Shown here: one piece after another, positions 17,295 through 24,618 of the stretch
How positions within the stretch are numbered: the first letter of the stretch is position 1
Layout of the letters: each line of letters starts with the position of its first letter
Virus record (IMG/VR): IMGVR_UViG_3300042478_001433
Direction: 5' to 3' (one strand)
DNA from: an uncultured virus (IMG/VR IMGVR_UViG_3300042478_001433)
Taxonomy: Duplodnaviria; Heunggongvirae; Uroviricota; Caudoviricetes
DNA: 26,871 bases
Notes under the pieces: model-generated
What the model was told of the DNA's origin: nothing
The model's input: only the letters and a program-made list of their open reading frames with translations
Database searches by the model: none
Position numbers and translations under genes: made by a program

Positions 17295-17600
17295 ATGGCC
17301 ACCACCTTTACGTGGGGTATCAACACCCTTGAACGCGAAACCGACGACGGCTTCGTGTTTACGGCCCACTACACCGTCAATGCCTCAGATGAGGCATATT
17401 CCTCTGGCGCATATGGCAGCATCGGCTTTCAGCGCCCCGACAACCTGATCCCGTACAACCAACTCGACGAGCCAACTGTGATCGGCTGGGTCAAGGAAGC
17501 CCTAGGCGGTGACGAAAAAATTGCCGAGATCGAAGCTGCACTGCAAGCTCAAATCGACGAGCAGCGCAGCCCTAGCAAGGCTGCAGGTGTGCCATGGTAA
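17295..17600 (+). CDS. conserved phage protein, probable tail-fibre-associated/assembly protein
   Basis: TW.I..LER...DG.V...HY, IPY..L....VIGWVK..LG and C-terminal GVPW, a pattern usually seen after fibre genes. Confidence 0.75.
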   Translation: MATTFTWGINTLERETDDGFVFTAHYTVNASDEAYSSGAYGSIGFQRPDNLIPYNQLDEPTVIGWVKEALGGDEKIAEIEAALQAQIDEQRSPSKAAGVPW

Positions 17601-17604
17601 AAGG

Positions 17605-17715
17605 GTGGCAGGTGGCCGGTCCTCACGCGGTGCCGGCCTCGCCGCAGCCTGCCACTGCGGATCGCCTAAACGCCTCAAAAGGGTTTAGGTGTCAAGCTTA
17701 GCAGGTAGCTAAGCT
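17605..17715. other. highly structured intergenic element (candidate ncRNA or cis-regulator)
   Basis: Five complementary segment pairs in 110 nt, two of them interleaved (pseudoknot/switch). Confidence 0.55.
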
Positions 17716-17721
17716 AATTGC

Positions 17722-17973
17722 ATGATCGAGCTGATCGCTGCTATCGCCGGGGCGTCGATCTCCGTTGCCGCGATGGCCGCGATGGGCTTTAGCCGCCGCA
17801 ATGATGAAGCGCGTGATGCGGTCATTCGGCTGACCAGCGCAGTGGAGCACATAGCCACCCAACTTGAAGTGCTCGGCAGCGACATCAAAGAAGACCGCAA
17901 GGAGACCTTTACGCGGCTGAATACGGTTGAGCAAAGGGTATCTAAGCTGGAAGCACAGCCGCGGACGCGTTAG
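17722..17973 (+). CDS. holin-like/membrane protein (N-terminal TM + coiled coil)
   Basis: Hydrophobic N-terminus and heptad C-terminus (RLNTVEQRVSKLE); upstream of the endolysin. Confidence 0.65.
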   Translation: MIELIAAIAGASISVAAMAAMGFSRRNDEARDAVIRLTSAVEHIATQLEVLGSDIKEDRKETFTRLNTVEQRVSKLEAQPRTR

Positions 17974-17975
17974 CC

Positions 17976-18161
17976 ATGGATCGCTTTGCTGACTACATTG
18001 CTTTGATAGTTGCCATTCACGGCGTTGCCTTGATTGTGGTTAACTTGACTCCTACACCCAAAGACAACGCAGCACTTGGCGCCACCGCTAAAGCAGCAGT
18101 CAAGATGTATAGAGCCATTGAGATCCTTGCTGGTGTGATCACTCCGTTTGTTAAGCGATGA
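17976..18161 (+). CDS. putative holin
   Basis: 61 aa, hydrophobic helix followed by NLTPTPKDN; ATGA-coupled to the endolysin. Confidence 0.65.
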   Translation: MDRFADYIALIVAIHGVALIVVNLTPTPKDNAALGATAKAAVKMYRAIEILAGVITPFVKR

Positions 18162-19216
18162 TCAAACTGACCGACCTATTCAAGTACTACAAACACGGCA
18201 CGCCACATCAAATGGCAGCCGTGTCTGAATTAGAAGCTGAGCTATTAAAGGTTGCGCCTGAAGTCTTTAATAGGGATCAGCCGTGGTACAAGACCTGGCA
18301 GGCTGGCGGCAAGTTGCATAATTATGACCCAGCCATAAAACTCATTAAAGAGTTTGAGGGTGTGCATCTCAGCGCTTATCCAGATCCGCTGCACGGATGG
18401 GATGTGGCAACGATTGGCTACGGCACCACGCGCTACCCAGATAACCGCAAGGTGCAACGCGGCGACAAGATCACCGTGATTGATGCCGATCAGTTGCTGG
18501 CGCTTGAGGTGGAACGCATCGCAGCAAAACTGCGCAACAGCGTGCCGTTTTGGAATGAGATGACGGGCAACAAGCAATGCGCGTTGATCTCCTTCGCTTA
18601 CAACCTTGGCGCCGGCTTCTACGGCAGCACTGGTTTTGAGACCATCAGCAAATGCCTTGTCGGCAAGGACTGGCAGGCAGTGCCAGCAGCAATGGAGTTG
18701 TACCGCAACCCAGGCAGTGCCGTAGAGGCAGGTTTGCTGCGTCGTCGCCGCGCAGAAGGCAGGCTATGGGCTGGTGAGCAGCAGCAGGATCCATCCAAGC
18801 TGTCACCCAATAGCGCATTTACAGCTCGCATTACGCCGCACGTGCAGCTTGGTGAGTTTGCGCTATTTCAAGAAGCACGGCGCTTTGACCATCAATATCA
18901 GCTCGACACGGCAGCAGAGCTAGCGGCATTCCTTGAGCGTGCACGCGTCAAGTTTGGCGGCAAGCCTGTGGTCATCACCAGCGGCTATCGCCCGCGTGCC
19001 ATCAATGCAGCGGTAGGTGGCTCCAGCGGCAGCGAGCACCTATACGATGCGCCTGACGTCGGTGCTGTTGATTTCTATATCCGCGAGGTCAACATTAACC
19101 ACGTGCAAGAGTGGTGCGATCGGAACTGGCCGTATTCACTCGGCTACGGCGCACCTAAAGGATTTGTGCATTTAGGAATGCGTCGCGGCAAGCCAAAGGT
19201 ACGATGGGATTATTGA
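18158..19216 (+). CDS. endolysin: GH24 lysozyme + peptidase M15A
   Basis: IKEFEG..L.AY.D......TIGYG (E-D-T triad), AL.SFAYN.G, GL.RRR.AE; then ITSGYR, SEH, AVDF and FVHLG Zn-peptidase motifs. Confidence 0.92.
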   Translation: MIKLTDLFKYYKHGTPHQMAAVSELEAELLKVAPEVFNRDQPWYKTWQAGGKLHNYDPAIKLIKEFEGVHLSAYPDPLHGWDVATIGYGTTRYPDNRKVQRGDKITVIDADQLLALEVERIAAKLRNSVPFWNEMTGNKQCALISFAYNLGAGFYGSTGFETISKCLVGKDWQAVPAAMELYRNPGSAVEAGLLRRRRAEGRLWAGEQQQDPSKLSPNSAFTARITPHVQLGEFALFQEARRFDHQYQLDTAAELAAFLERARVKFGGKPVVITSGYRPRAINAAVGGSSGSEHLYDAPDVGAVDFYIREVNINHVQEWCDRNWPYSLGYGAPKGFVHLGMRRGKPKVRWDY

Positions 19217-19225
19217 AGCCACTGC

Positions 19226-19543
19226 GTGGATCACTGCATTGATGGCGCAAACCTCATCCCGAAACGCAGTGCAAAACATAGATTCAGGCAGCAAATCTTT
19301 GATGCATGGCAGCATCAATGTGCCTACTGCGGAGATGCAGCTGACACGTTAGATCACGTCAAGCCACGCCATAAAGGCGGCGCTACTGTAACGACTAATC
19401 TTGTGCCAGCTTGCAGGCCATGTAATCGAAAGAAGGGCAGCGAAGAATGGCAGCAGTGGTTCAATCAGCAGGAAACTTATCTGCTAGATCGTGAGCTTGC
19501 TGTGCTGCATTGGATTCAAGCATCTGATGATAGAACACCCTAG
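19226..19543 (+). CDS. HNH endonuclease
   Basis: CAYCG...TLDHVKPR.KGG....NLVPACRPCN.KK. Confidence 0.92.
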   Translation: MDHCIDGANLIPKRSAKHRFRQQIFDAWQHQCAYCGDAADTLDHVKPRHKGGATVTTNLVPACRPCNRKKGSEEWQQWFNQQETYLLDRELAVLHWIQASDDRTP

Positions 19544-19566
19544 CCTGCCATTCTTGCTGGTGATCT

Positions 19567-20493
19567 TTACACATTCCAGCTAGGCAGACCCTCCAGACGT
19601 TCCCGACCTTCTGTATTGTTGGCGCCAAGTGGGGTGCCTGCCAGCGGGTTGCCTATCAGCATACGAAGGCGGCTGATGCCGCGCCTTTGTATTTCGCACA
19701 TGCGTGCACGTGACAGGCCCATGCGCTTTTCTAGGTCATTCCATGGCACTGGATTGCGACTGTTGCGTGCGTAGATGATTTCACGTGTGCGATCATCTAA
19801 ATGTTCATCGCAGTAATCACGCACCGTTTCAAGCTGCCAATCGTATTCAACGTCGTATTGTCTTTTATCGGCAATGATGTCAAGAATGTTAGATGATTCA
19901 TCTTGCGCAGGCTTATCAAGGCTTGTGACTCGATACGACTGCTGCAATGTGTCAGATATCACCTTAGGGGTCACATCAAGCACTGCAGCAAGCTCCGCCA
20001 TGGTCGCTGTGCGTCCATGCTCTTGTGCAAATGCTTGCGCTGTCTTGTTCAGCTTGATCAGCATTTCATGCACGCCAAGCGGCAGCCTGATGATTGGGTC
20101 GTATTGAATCAATGCACGCCCGATGGATTGACGGATCCACCAGTAGGCGTAGGTGGAAAACTTGTAACCGCGGGTGTAGTCAAACAGCTCCACGGCGCGT
20201 GCAAGACCGATGTTGCCCTCTTGGATCAGATCCAGCATGTCAAGCGTTTGCGTGTTGCGCCTGCTGTACTTGCGTGCAACATGCACTACAAGCTGCAGGT
20301 TGGATTGCATGAACTTTTGCCGCGCGCGCTCACCGCTGCGTAGTTCGCGGCGTTCTTGTGTCGTTAAAGGTCTTTCAAGATCCTTTAATTCTCTCCACTT
20401 TGCGACGCGGCGGCCAAGTTGTATCTCTTGTTGCGGCGTGAGTAATGGATACCGCGCGATACTGTTTAAGTAGTCGCCAATAGCGTCAGACAT
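19567..20493 (-). CDS. RpoD/SigA-family (cyanobacterial group-2-like) RNA polymerase sigma factor
   Basis: YL..I.RYPLLT..QEI.L (region 1.2), NLQLVVHVARKY, DLIQEGNIGL.RAVE.FD.TRGYKFSTYAYWWIRQ (region 2), SLD; no region 1.1; start taken at ATG 20493. Confidence 0.93.
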   Translation of the reverse strand: MSDAIGDYLNSIARYPLLTPQQEIQLGRRVAKWRELKDLERPLTTQERRELRSGERARQKFMQSNLQLVVHVARKYSRRNTQTLDMLDLIQEGNIGLARAVELFDYTRGYKFSTYAYWWIRQSIGRALIQYDPIIRLPLGVHEMLIKLNKTAQAFAQEHGRTATMAELAAVLDVTPKVISDTLQQSYRVTSLDKPAQDESSNILDIIADKRQYDVEYDWQLETVRDYCDEHLDDRTREIIYARNSRNPVPWNDLEKRMGLSRARMCEIQRRGISRLRMLIGNPLAGTPLGANNTEGRERLEGLPSWNV

Positions 20494-20515
20494 GGAAAAT
20501 CCGTTAGTGCATACA

Positions 20516-20752
20516 ATGGAAGCACAATTCCACGGCGCTGCCAATGCTGCGCAGCTACGTGCGTTACATGCTGCAGCAGATTGGGGCGGACTGCTGGAAT
20601 ATGCGCTGTTGATAGCCGAGCAAGAAGCAAGCCAGCGGTCTCAAATCCACTGGCTTGCGCAAGAAGCGTCGGCAGCGTTGCGGACTGGCCTAGAGCAGTG
20701 GCACCTAGATGCCGCTGAAGAACTGCTTCGAGGCCGTCGTCGTGAGATCTGA
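20516..20752 (+). CDS. hypothetical helical protein on the strand opposite its neighbours
   Basis: Fills the gap between sigma and dcd; protein-like composition; alternative ATG at 20492. Confidence 0.5.
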   Translation: MEAQFHGAANAAQLRALHAAADWGGLLEYALLIAEQEASQRSQIHWLAQEASAALRTGLEQWHLDAAEELLRGRRREI

Positions 20753-21235
20753 GTTGTAATGGCCAGTGACGCTGTAGCTGGTCACCGGCTGCTGGCTCAT
20801 GCGGAAGAACACCATCTGCCCGATCTTTAAGCCAGGCCAAAGCGGCAGCGGCAGGATCTGGCGTGAGTTCTTCAGTTCCAAGGTCAGCACGCTGTCATGC
20901 CAGCCGGGATCGGCGTAACCGGCGTGCAGATTTTCGTAGCCTTCACGTGCGCGGCTTGACTTAAGGAAGAACAGGCCGGCAATGTTTTCCGGCATGTTGA
21001 ACACTTCAATCGTCTGCGCAAGGATGAATTGCCCTGGCTTGAGTTCGTACGGATTTTCCGCCGTGCGTCCTGCAATGCTGAGCGGCCGCATGTTGAGGTT
21101 TTCGGCAGACTCGATCATGATCGTGTCACCAAGCCGTAGGTCAAGGCTGGCAGGATTGATCAATGCCTCGTCGTAGTTCGGCACCATGCCGTCGGTGCAC
21201 AGCGCTTTGATCTCGTAGTCGCAGAGGATTGTCAT
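20705..21235 (-). CDS. dcd: dCTP deaminase (trimeric dUTPase superfamily)
   Basis: IL.D.EI, INPASLDLRLG, L.PGQF.LA.T.E, KSSRAREG, AGY.DPGW...LTLEL, PG.KIGQ.VF. Confidence 0.88.
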   Translation of the reverse strand: MTILCDYEIKALCTDGMVPNYDEALINPASLDLRLGDTIMIESAENLNMRPLSIAGRTAENPYELKPGQFILAQTIEVFNMPENIAGLFFLKSSRAREGYENLHAGYADPGWHDSVLTLELKNSRQILPLPLWPGLKIGQMVFFRMSQQPVTSYSVTGHYNSDLTTTASKQFFSGI

Positions 21236-21259
21236 TGGTTGAGTGGGTAGTGATCTTGG

Positions 21260-21478
21260 CTACTGGGCTTCAAGCTCGGCGGCGATGGCGTACAAGTCAT
21301 TCGCGTCAATGACTAACTCGTACCAGCCCTCGCCAGGGCAGTGAATCTCGTAGGCGAGTGTTTGAGCAGCAGTTCGCAGGGCGGCGGCGAGACCTCGGGG
21401 CTCATTGTCCGGTGGCAACTCTCTGTGGAACGCATCCAGCACCTCCTGCGCGGCGGGAGAAAGGGTGCGGTCAGTCAT
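21260..21478 (-). CDS. small hypothetical accessory protein (LSPAAQ.VLDA type)
   Basis: Overlap-coupled ORF in the early operon. Confidence 0.65.
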   Translation of the reverse strand: MTDRTLSPAAQEVLDAFHRELPPDNEPRGLAAALRTAAQTLAYEIHCPGEGWYELVIDANDLYAIAAELEAQ

Positions 21479-21809
21479 CGAGTTGCTCCAGGGCGCGGCG
21501 GATGGTGTCGGCAGCTCCTTCCTTGAGGTAGCCCCTGTCGAAACTGATGTGCAGCTCGTCCAGCGCCTGCTCCTTAAAGCTCGGCGGCTTCAGAGATGGG
21601 CGGCGGGCAGCACGGAGTGCGTTGATATATGGCTCCGGGGTTTCTTCCTCTAGCCACTCACAACACGCCTCCAGCTCTTGGTCGGCGCCCCATTGGGCGG
21701 CCTCAGCGGCCACGTGGCGCAACACCCACTCAGGCATGTGTAGGGAATATTTGTCTTCCCACTGCTGTACTAGCTCCGGCGGTGGGGTGATGGGATGTTG
21801 TTGTGTCAT
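21471..21809 (-). CDS. hypothetical accessory protein (HPITPPPELVQQW type)
   Basis: ATGA-coupled ORF; AAQWGADQELEACCEWL. Confidence 0.7.
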   Translation of the reverse strand: MTQQHPITPPPELVQQWEDKYSLHMPEWVLRHVAAEAAQWGADQELEACCEWLEEETPEPYINALRAARRPSLKPPSFKEQALDELHISFDRGYLKEGAADTIRRALEQLDD

Positions 21810-21991
21810 TCAAGCCAGCTCCATGCGATGCGTTGGCAGATGCGCCATGCGTGTTTTTTGTCAATGCCGTAGCGTTCTGCTAGTTGTCTGTAGCTGTTAC
21901 CAGCAACACGCAACTGGCGCAGTTCACGTACGTGATCTTCTGTAAGAAACGCGGCGTAGTTTGCCTCGCCGCGCTTAAACGGATCACTCAT
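21806..21991 (-). CDS. small HTH DNA-binding protein (HNH C-terminal-like)
   Basis: GE.N..A.LTE..V.E.R.....G.SY..LA..YGI......I.....W. Confidence 0.75.
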   Translation of the reverse strand: MSDPFKRGEANYAAFLTEDHVRELRQLRVAGNSYRQLAERYGIDKKHAWRICQRIAWSWLE

Positions 21992-22202
21992 CTACATGCA
22001 GCAGCAACCTGCGCATGTACCAGTCGGCTTTGCCGTAATCCTGATCGGCATTGCCCTTGTGCTCAGCGCGCCATAGGTATTTGATGACGTTGCCTTTGCA
22101 GTAAGCGCGAAAGCCGTCATCACCGAGAGCTGCCTTAATGGCCTGGATGCACTCAATGTCACCGTGCTTGTAATGCGGCGGATGGTTGACAAGATCACTC
22201 AT
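21984..22202 (-). CDS. DUF3310 / T7 gp1.7-like protein
   Basis: D.VNHP.HY..G.IECI.AI, YCKGN.IKYLWR..HKG...QD..KA.WY. Confidence 0.88.
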   Translation of the reverse strand: MSDLVNHPPHYKHGDIECIQAIKAALGDDGFRAYCKGNVIKYLWRAEHKGNADQDYGKADWYMRRLLLHVDE

Positions 22203-22350
22203 CACCTAAAGCCTCTGCCATGTCGCGGCGGATCAGATCAGCAATGCGCTGTTGATGCAGACCGGTGTAGGTGCAGCAGGTTCGGCCGCTTTGCTCATAC
22301 AGCCACTGCAAGTAGTCATCACGGCGCTGCTCAGTTTTGTGGTTGATCAT
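22195..22350 (-). CDS. small hypothetical protein (51 aa; not in ORF track)
   Basis: MINHKTEQRRDDYLQWLYEQSGRTCCTYTGLHQQRIADLIRRDMAEALGDE*; overlaps both neighbours. Confidence 0.6.
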   Translation of the reverse strand: MINHKTEQRRDDYLQWLYEQSGRTCCTYTGLHQQRIADLIRRDMAEALGDE

Positions 22351-22486
22351 CTTGCATCAGCTCCAGGAGATCAAGAATATGCGCGGCAAATGCCACGTGT
22401 GTCATCACTGCATGGGTGCCGGGAGGGCGCCCGTAGGACGCCTCCCACCACTCCTTGAATGCAATATCAAGTGTGGTTTCGTTCAT
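22331..22486 (-). CDS. small hypothetical protein (51 aa; not in ORF track)
   Basis: MNETTLDIAFKEWWEASYGRPPGTHAVMTHVAFAAHILDLLELMQDDQPQN*; TGATG-coupled to ssb. Confidence 0.6.
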   Translation of the reverse strand: MNETTLDIAFKEWWEASYGRPPGTHAVMTHVAFAAHILDLLELMQDDQPQN

Positions 22487-22836
22487 CAGAACACAGGCTC
22501 CTCGCTGGTGGTTGCTGCGCCGCGTGGCATGAATTCAAAGCGCTGGATGCTGAGCACATGCTTGCTGCGCTTGGCGCCGGTTTCCTTGTCGTTCCACTCT
22601 TGCCGGCGTACGGCACCGGTCACAAGGATGCTGTCGCCTTTTTTGAGTTTATCAACGATCAGCTCAGCAGACTTGCCCCAGATCTCGCAGTCGATTGCGT
22701 TATTGATCCAGTTGCCGTCTTTGTCTTTACCCTCTTGGATGCCACCAGCGAAGTTGGCAACCATGGTGCCAGATTCAAAAGCACGCAGTTGCGGGTCGGT
22801 GATGATGCGAACGATGCCGGTTGCGTAGAGGCTCAT
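22486..22836 (-). CDS. ssb: single-stranded DNA-binding protein
   Basis: DPQLR.FESG..VANF, CE.WGK.AE....L.KGD.I.V.G.....W.DK.TG.KRS; acidic EEPVF tail. Confidence 0.9.
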   Translation of the reverse strand: MSLYATGIVRIITDPQLRAFESGTMVANFAGGIQEGKDKDGNWINNAIDCEIWGKSAELIVDKLKKGDSILVTGAVRRQEWNDKETGAKRSKHVLSIQRFEFMPRGAATTSEEPVF

Positions 22837-22837
22837 G

Positions 22838-23047
22838 TCAGTTCAGTGGTGTGATGCCATTGGCTTCTTCAAAAGCCAAGACTTGTGCGAGGGAATAGCG
22901 GACGCGCGGCGTGCCTGCTGGCAAGCCAATGCGTGGCGCAGTGACGTAGGCAGGGCCAATACCGCGTGCACGTTGGTTTTTGATGGCAGCTGGCTTCAGG
23001 CCCCAACGTGCTGCCAGCTCATCAGTAGTGAGGAATGGTTCAGTCAT
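22838..23047 (-). CDS. AlpA/excisionase-like HTH protein
   Basis: FLT..ELAARWG......NQR.RG.GP.Y.......VRY....V.AFE. Confidence 0.8.
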   Translation of the reverse strand: MTEPFLTTDELAARWGLKPAAIKNQRARGIGPAYVTAPRIGLPAGTPRVRYSLAQVLAFEEANGITPLN

Positions 23048-23795
23048 CAGCGAAGGGATCCTCCGATGGCGTGTCGGATAGCACCGCTTCGCGCTCTACA
23101 GCAAGGCGCAGCAACTCATCGTTTTGCTCATCGCTGAGATCAGGCTTGCGCTTATCCATGCGCGCTACCACCTCCTGCAGCTTGTCCAGCGTGTCGGCCT
23201 TGGCAATCGCAGCCTTACCCGCTTGGAACAGCTTGGCATCGCCTGCTGGTAGCGCGGGCGCAGCGGTCACGGTCACCGGCTCCACCTCTGCCTGCTGCAT
23301 CTCATCGGTGCTGTAGACACCAGACATGTCAGCAGGAAACGCCTTGCGCAGTGCCAATGCCTCAGAGCATTTGGCGATCATCGCGGCAGGCATCTTGGAC
23401 CACAAGCCTTGGCCGGCGTTGTAGTCAGCAAAGCGTGCAACGCCAACAAATGGATGCTGGCTGCCCTTGCGATGGATGATGGTCTTGGCCGCGGCAGGTG
23501 GCTTGCTGCCAAGCCATACGTCAGCCCATACGCCGTCTTCACCACACCAGTAGGTTTCGCTGCCGTCAAGCTGACCGGTGCGCTCGGCAATGGCACGCAA
23601 GCCGTCGATGCCGGCTTGGATGGTCATCTTTCCAGCCCGCTTGATGGCGTATATCTGCTTGCTGAATGGATCCAGCCCAGTGCGCTGGCAGGCGTAGGCA
23701 AACAGGCGCAACTCGTCATTGCTGCAGCCAGGCGCAATGGTGGTTGAGATCAGCTGCGTTTGCTCTGGTGTCCAGAGCGTGAGAGTGGTGGTCAT
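23040..23795 (-). CDS. bet: Bet/RecT-family single-strand annealing recombinase
   Basis: EL..F...CQRTGLDPF.KQIY, IDG.R.IA.R.G, W.KMP..M.AKC.EA.ALRKAFP..SG.Y..DEM; start ATG 23795. Confidence 0.9.
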   Translation of the reverse strand: MTTTLTLWTPEQTQLISTTIAPGCSNDELRLFAYACQRTGLDPFSKQIYAIKRAGKMTIQAGIDGLRAIAERTGQLDGSETYWCGEDGVWADVWLGSKPPAAAKTIIHRKGSQHPFVGVARFADYNAGQGLWSKMPAAMIAKCSEALALRKAFPADMSGVYSTDEMQQAEVEPVTVTAAPALPAGDAKLFQAGKAAIAKADTLDKLQEVVARMDKRKPDLSDEQNDELLRLAVEREAVLSDTPSEDPFADD

Positions 23796-24616
23796 TGTGG
23801 TTCGCAAATAGAAGGCATTGGTGGGTAGTTAGGCTGTTTGAACATTTTCAACGGCAATCGCTGAACGTGATAGTTAAAAGCCTTAATTATGCAAGCAAAT
23901 CTGTGTTGCTGAATACTGGCAACGCCTGGTGGCCGTGCGCCAGGGAACTGTAGATAATTCCGATAAGTTAACAAGGCGGAATCCTCGCACAAGTTTGCGC
24001 CAGTTCCAAGGCCTGACGCAAAACCCTCAAGCGTGCCCCAATCGTAGCCAGCAGTTTTTGCGAGAAGAATCAAAGCTAAAACGTTGGACGGAGTTGCAAA
24101 CCTGCACCCTCTGTAGGCTTTGCCAACCAATAGCATAGGCAGCTCCCAGTCTGTCCATAGGTTGTAATAATCAAGTATTTCCGTATGGGAAACTTGAGCA
24201 ACTTTGCCAACCCATACAAGGTTAGGATATTTTATATATCTAATGACAATGCCAATGGCTGCGCCAATGGTTGTGGCGTCGTTTTTGGTTGCGCCATTAA
24301 CGCTAAGGACATCGCCACTAGTGCGGGCCGTGCCAATATCGCAAGCTATAAAAATAGAGGGATCGCAACCGGTCGTCAGCGCTATTTGAACAGACGCACC
24401 AGACCGGGCAATAGCAATCAAACGGTGCTGACCATCTACAAGATTGCCGTGCCAATCAAAAGCAATGCCTTGATGCGTAAGTTTCCATTCGTTATTCTGA
24501 ATGGCCTTAATCAACTTGGCTACGGCTGTGTTTTTGACCGGGCGATTACTCTTGTTTTGGTTTTTTAGTATGTCTTGCGCCCATTCGGGCGTCATTGTAA
24601 CTATTGAGGTTTCCAT
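23792..24616 (-). CDS. ParB/Srx-like DGQHR-motif protein
   Basis: TPE.A..IL..N..NR, W....QGIAFD..G.L.DGQHRL.AI, D.G..RT..D. Confidence 0.7.
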   Translation of the reverse strand: METSIVTMTPEWAQDILKNQNKSNRPVKNTAVAKLIKAIQNNEWKLTHQGIAFDWHGNLVDGQHRLIAIARSGASVQIALTTGCDPSIFIACDIGTARTSGDVLSVNGATKNDATTIGAAIGIVIRYIKYPNLVWVGKVAQVSHTEILDYYNLWTDWELPMLLVGKAYRGCRFATPSNVLALILLAKTAGYDWGTLEGFASGLGTGANLCEDSALLTYRNYLQFPGARPPGVASIQQHRFACIIKAFNYHVQRLPLKMFKQPNYPPMPSICEPQ

Positions 24617-24618
24617 GG

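Noticed and set aside
15588..17300. Diversity-generating retroelement acting on the fibre
   Set aside because: No reverse transcriptase and no TR/VR pair differing at adenines was found in the window.
17605..17660. HDV-like/theta ribozyme
   Set aside because: The pseudoknot order and a TCCTCAC loop are reminiscent, but a P3/L3 with P1.1 and a catalytic-C J4/2 could not be assigned on either strand.
19127..19141. Further 15-mer-like match TGGCCGTATTCACTC inside the endolysin
   Set aside because: It has weaker arms and lies within coding sequence, so it is probably chance.
22838..23047. Evidence of a prophage or integration module
   Set aside because: Only an Xis/AlpA-like HTH is present; there is no integrase, att site or host gene in the window.
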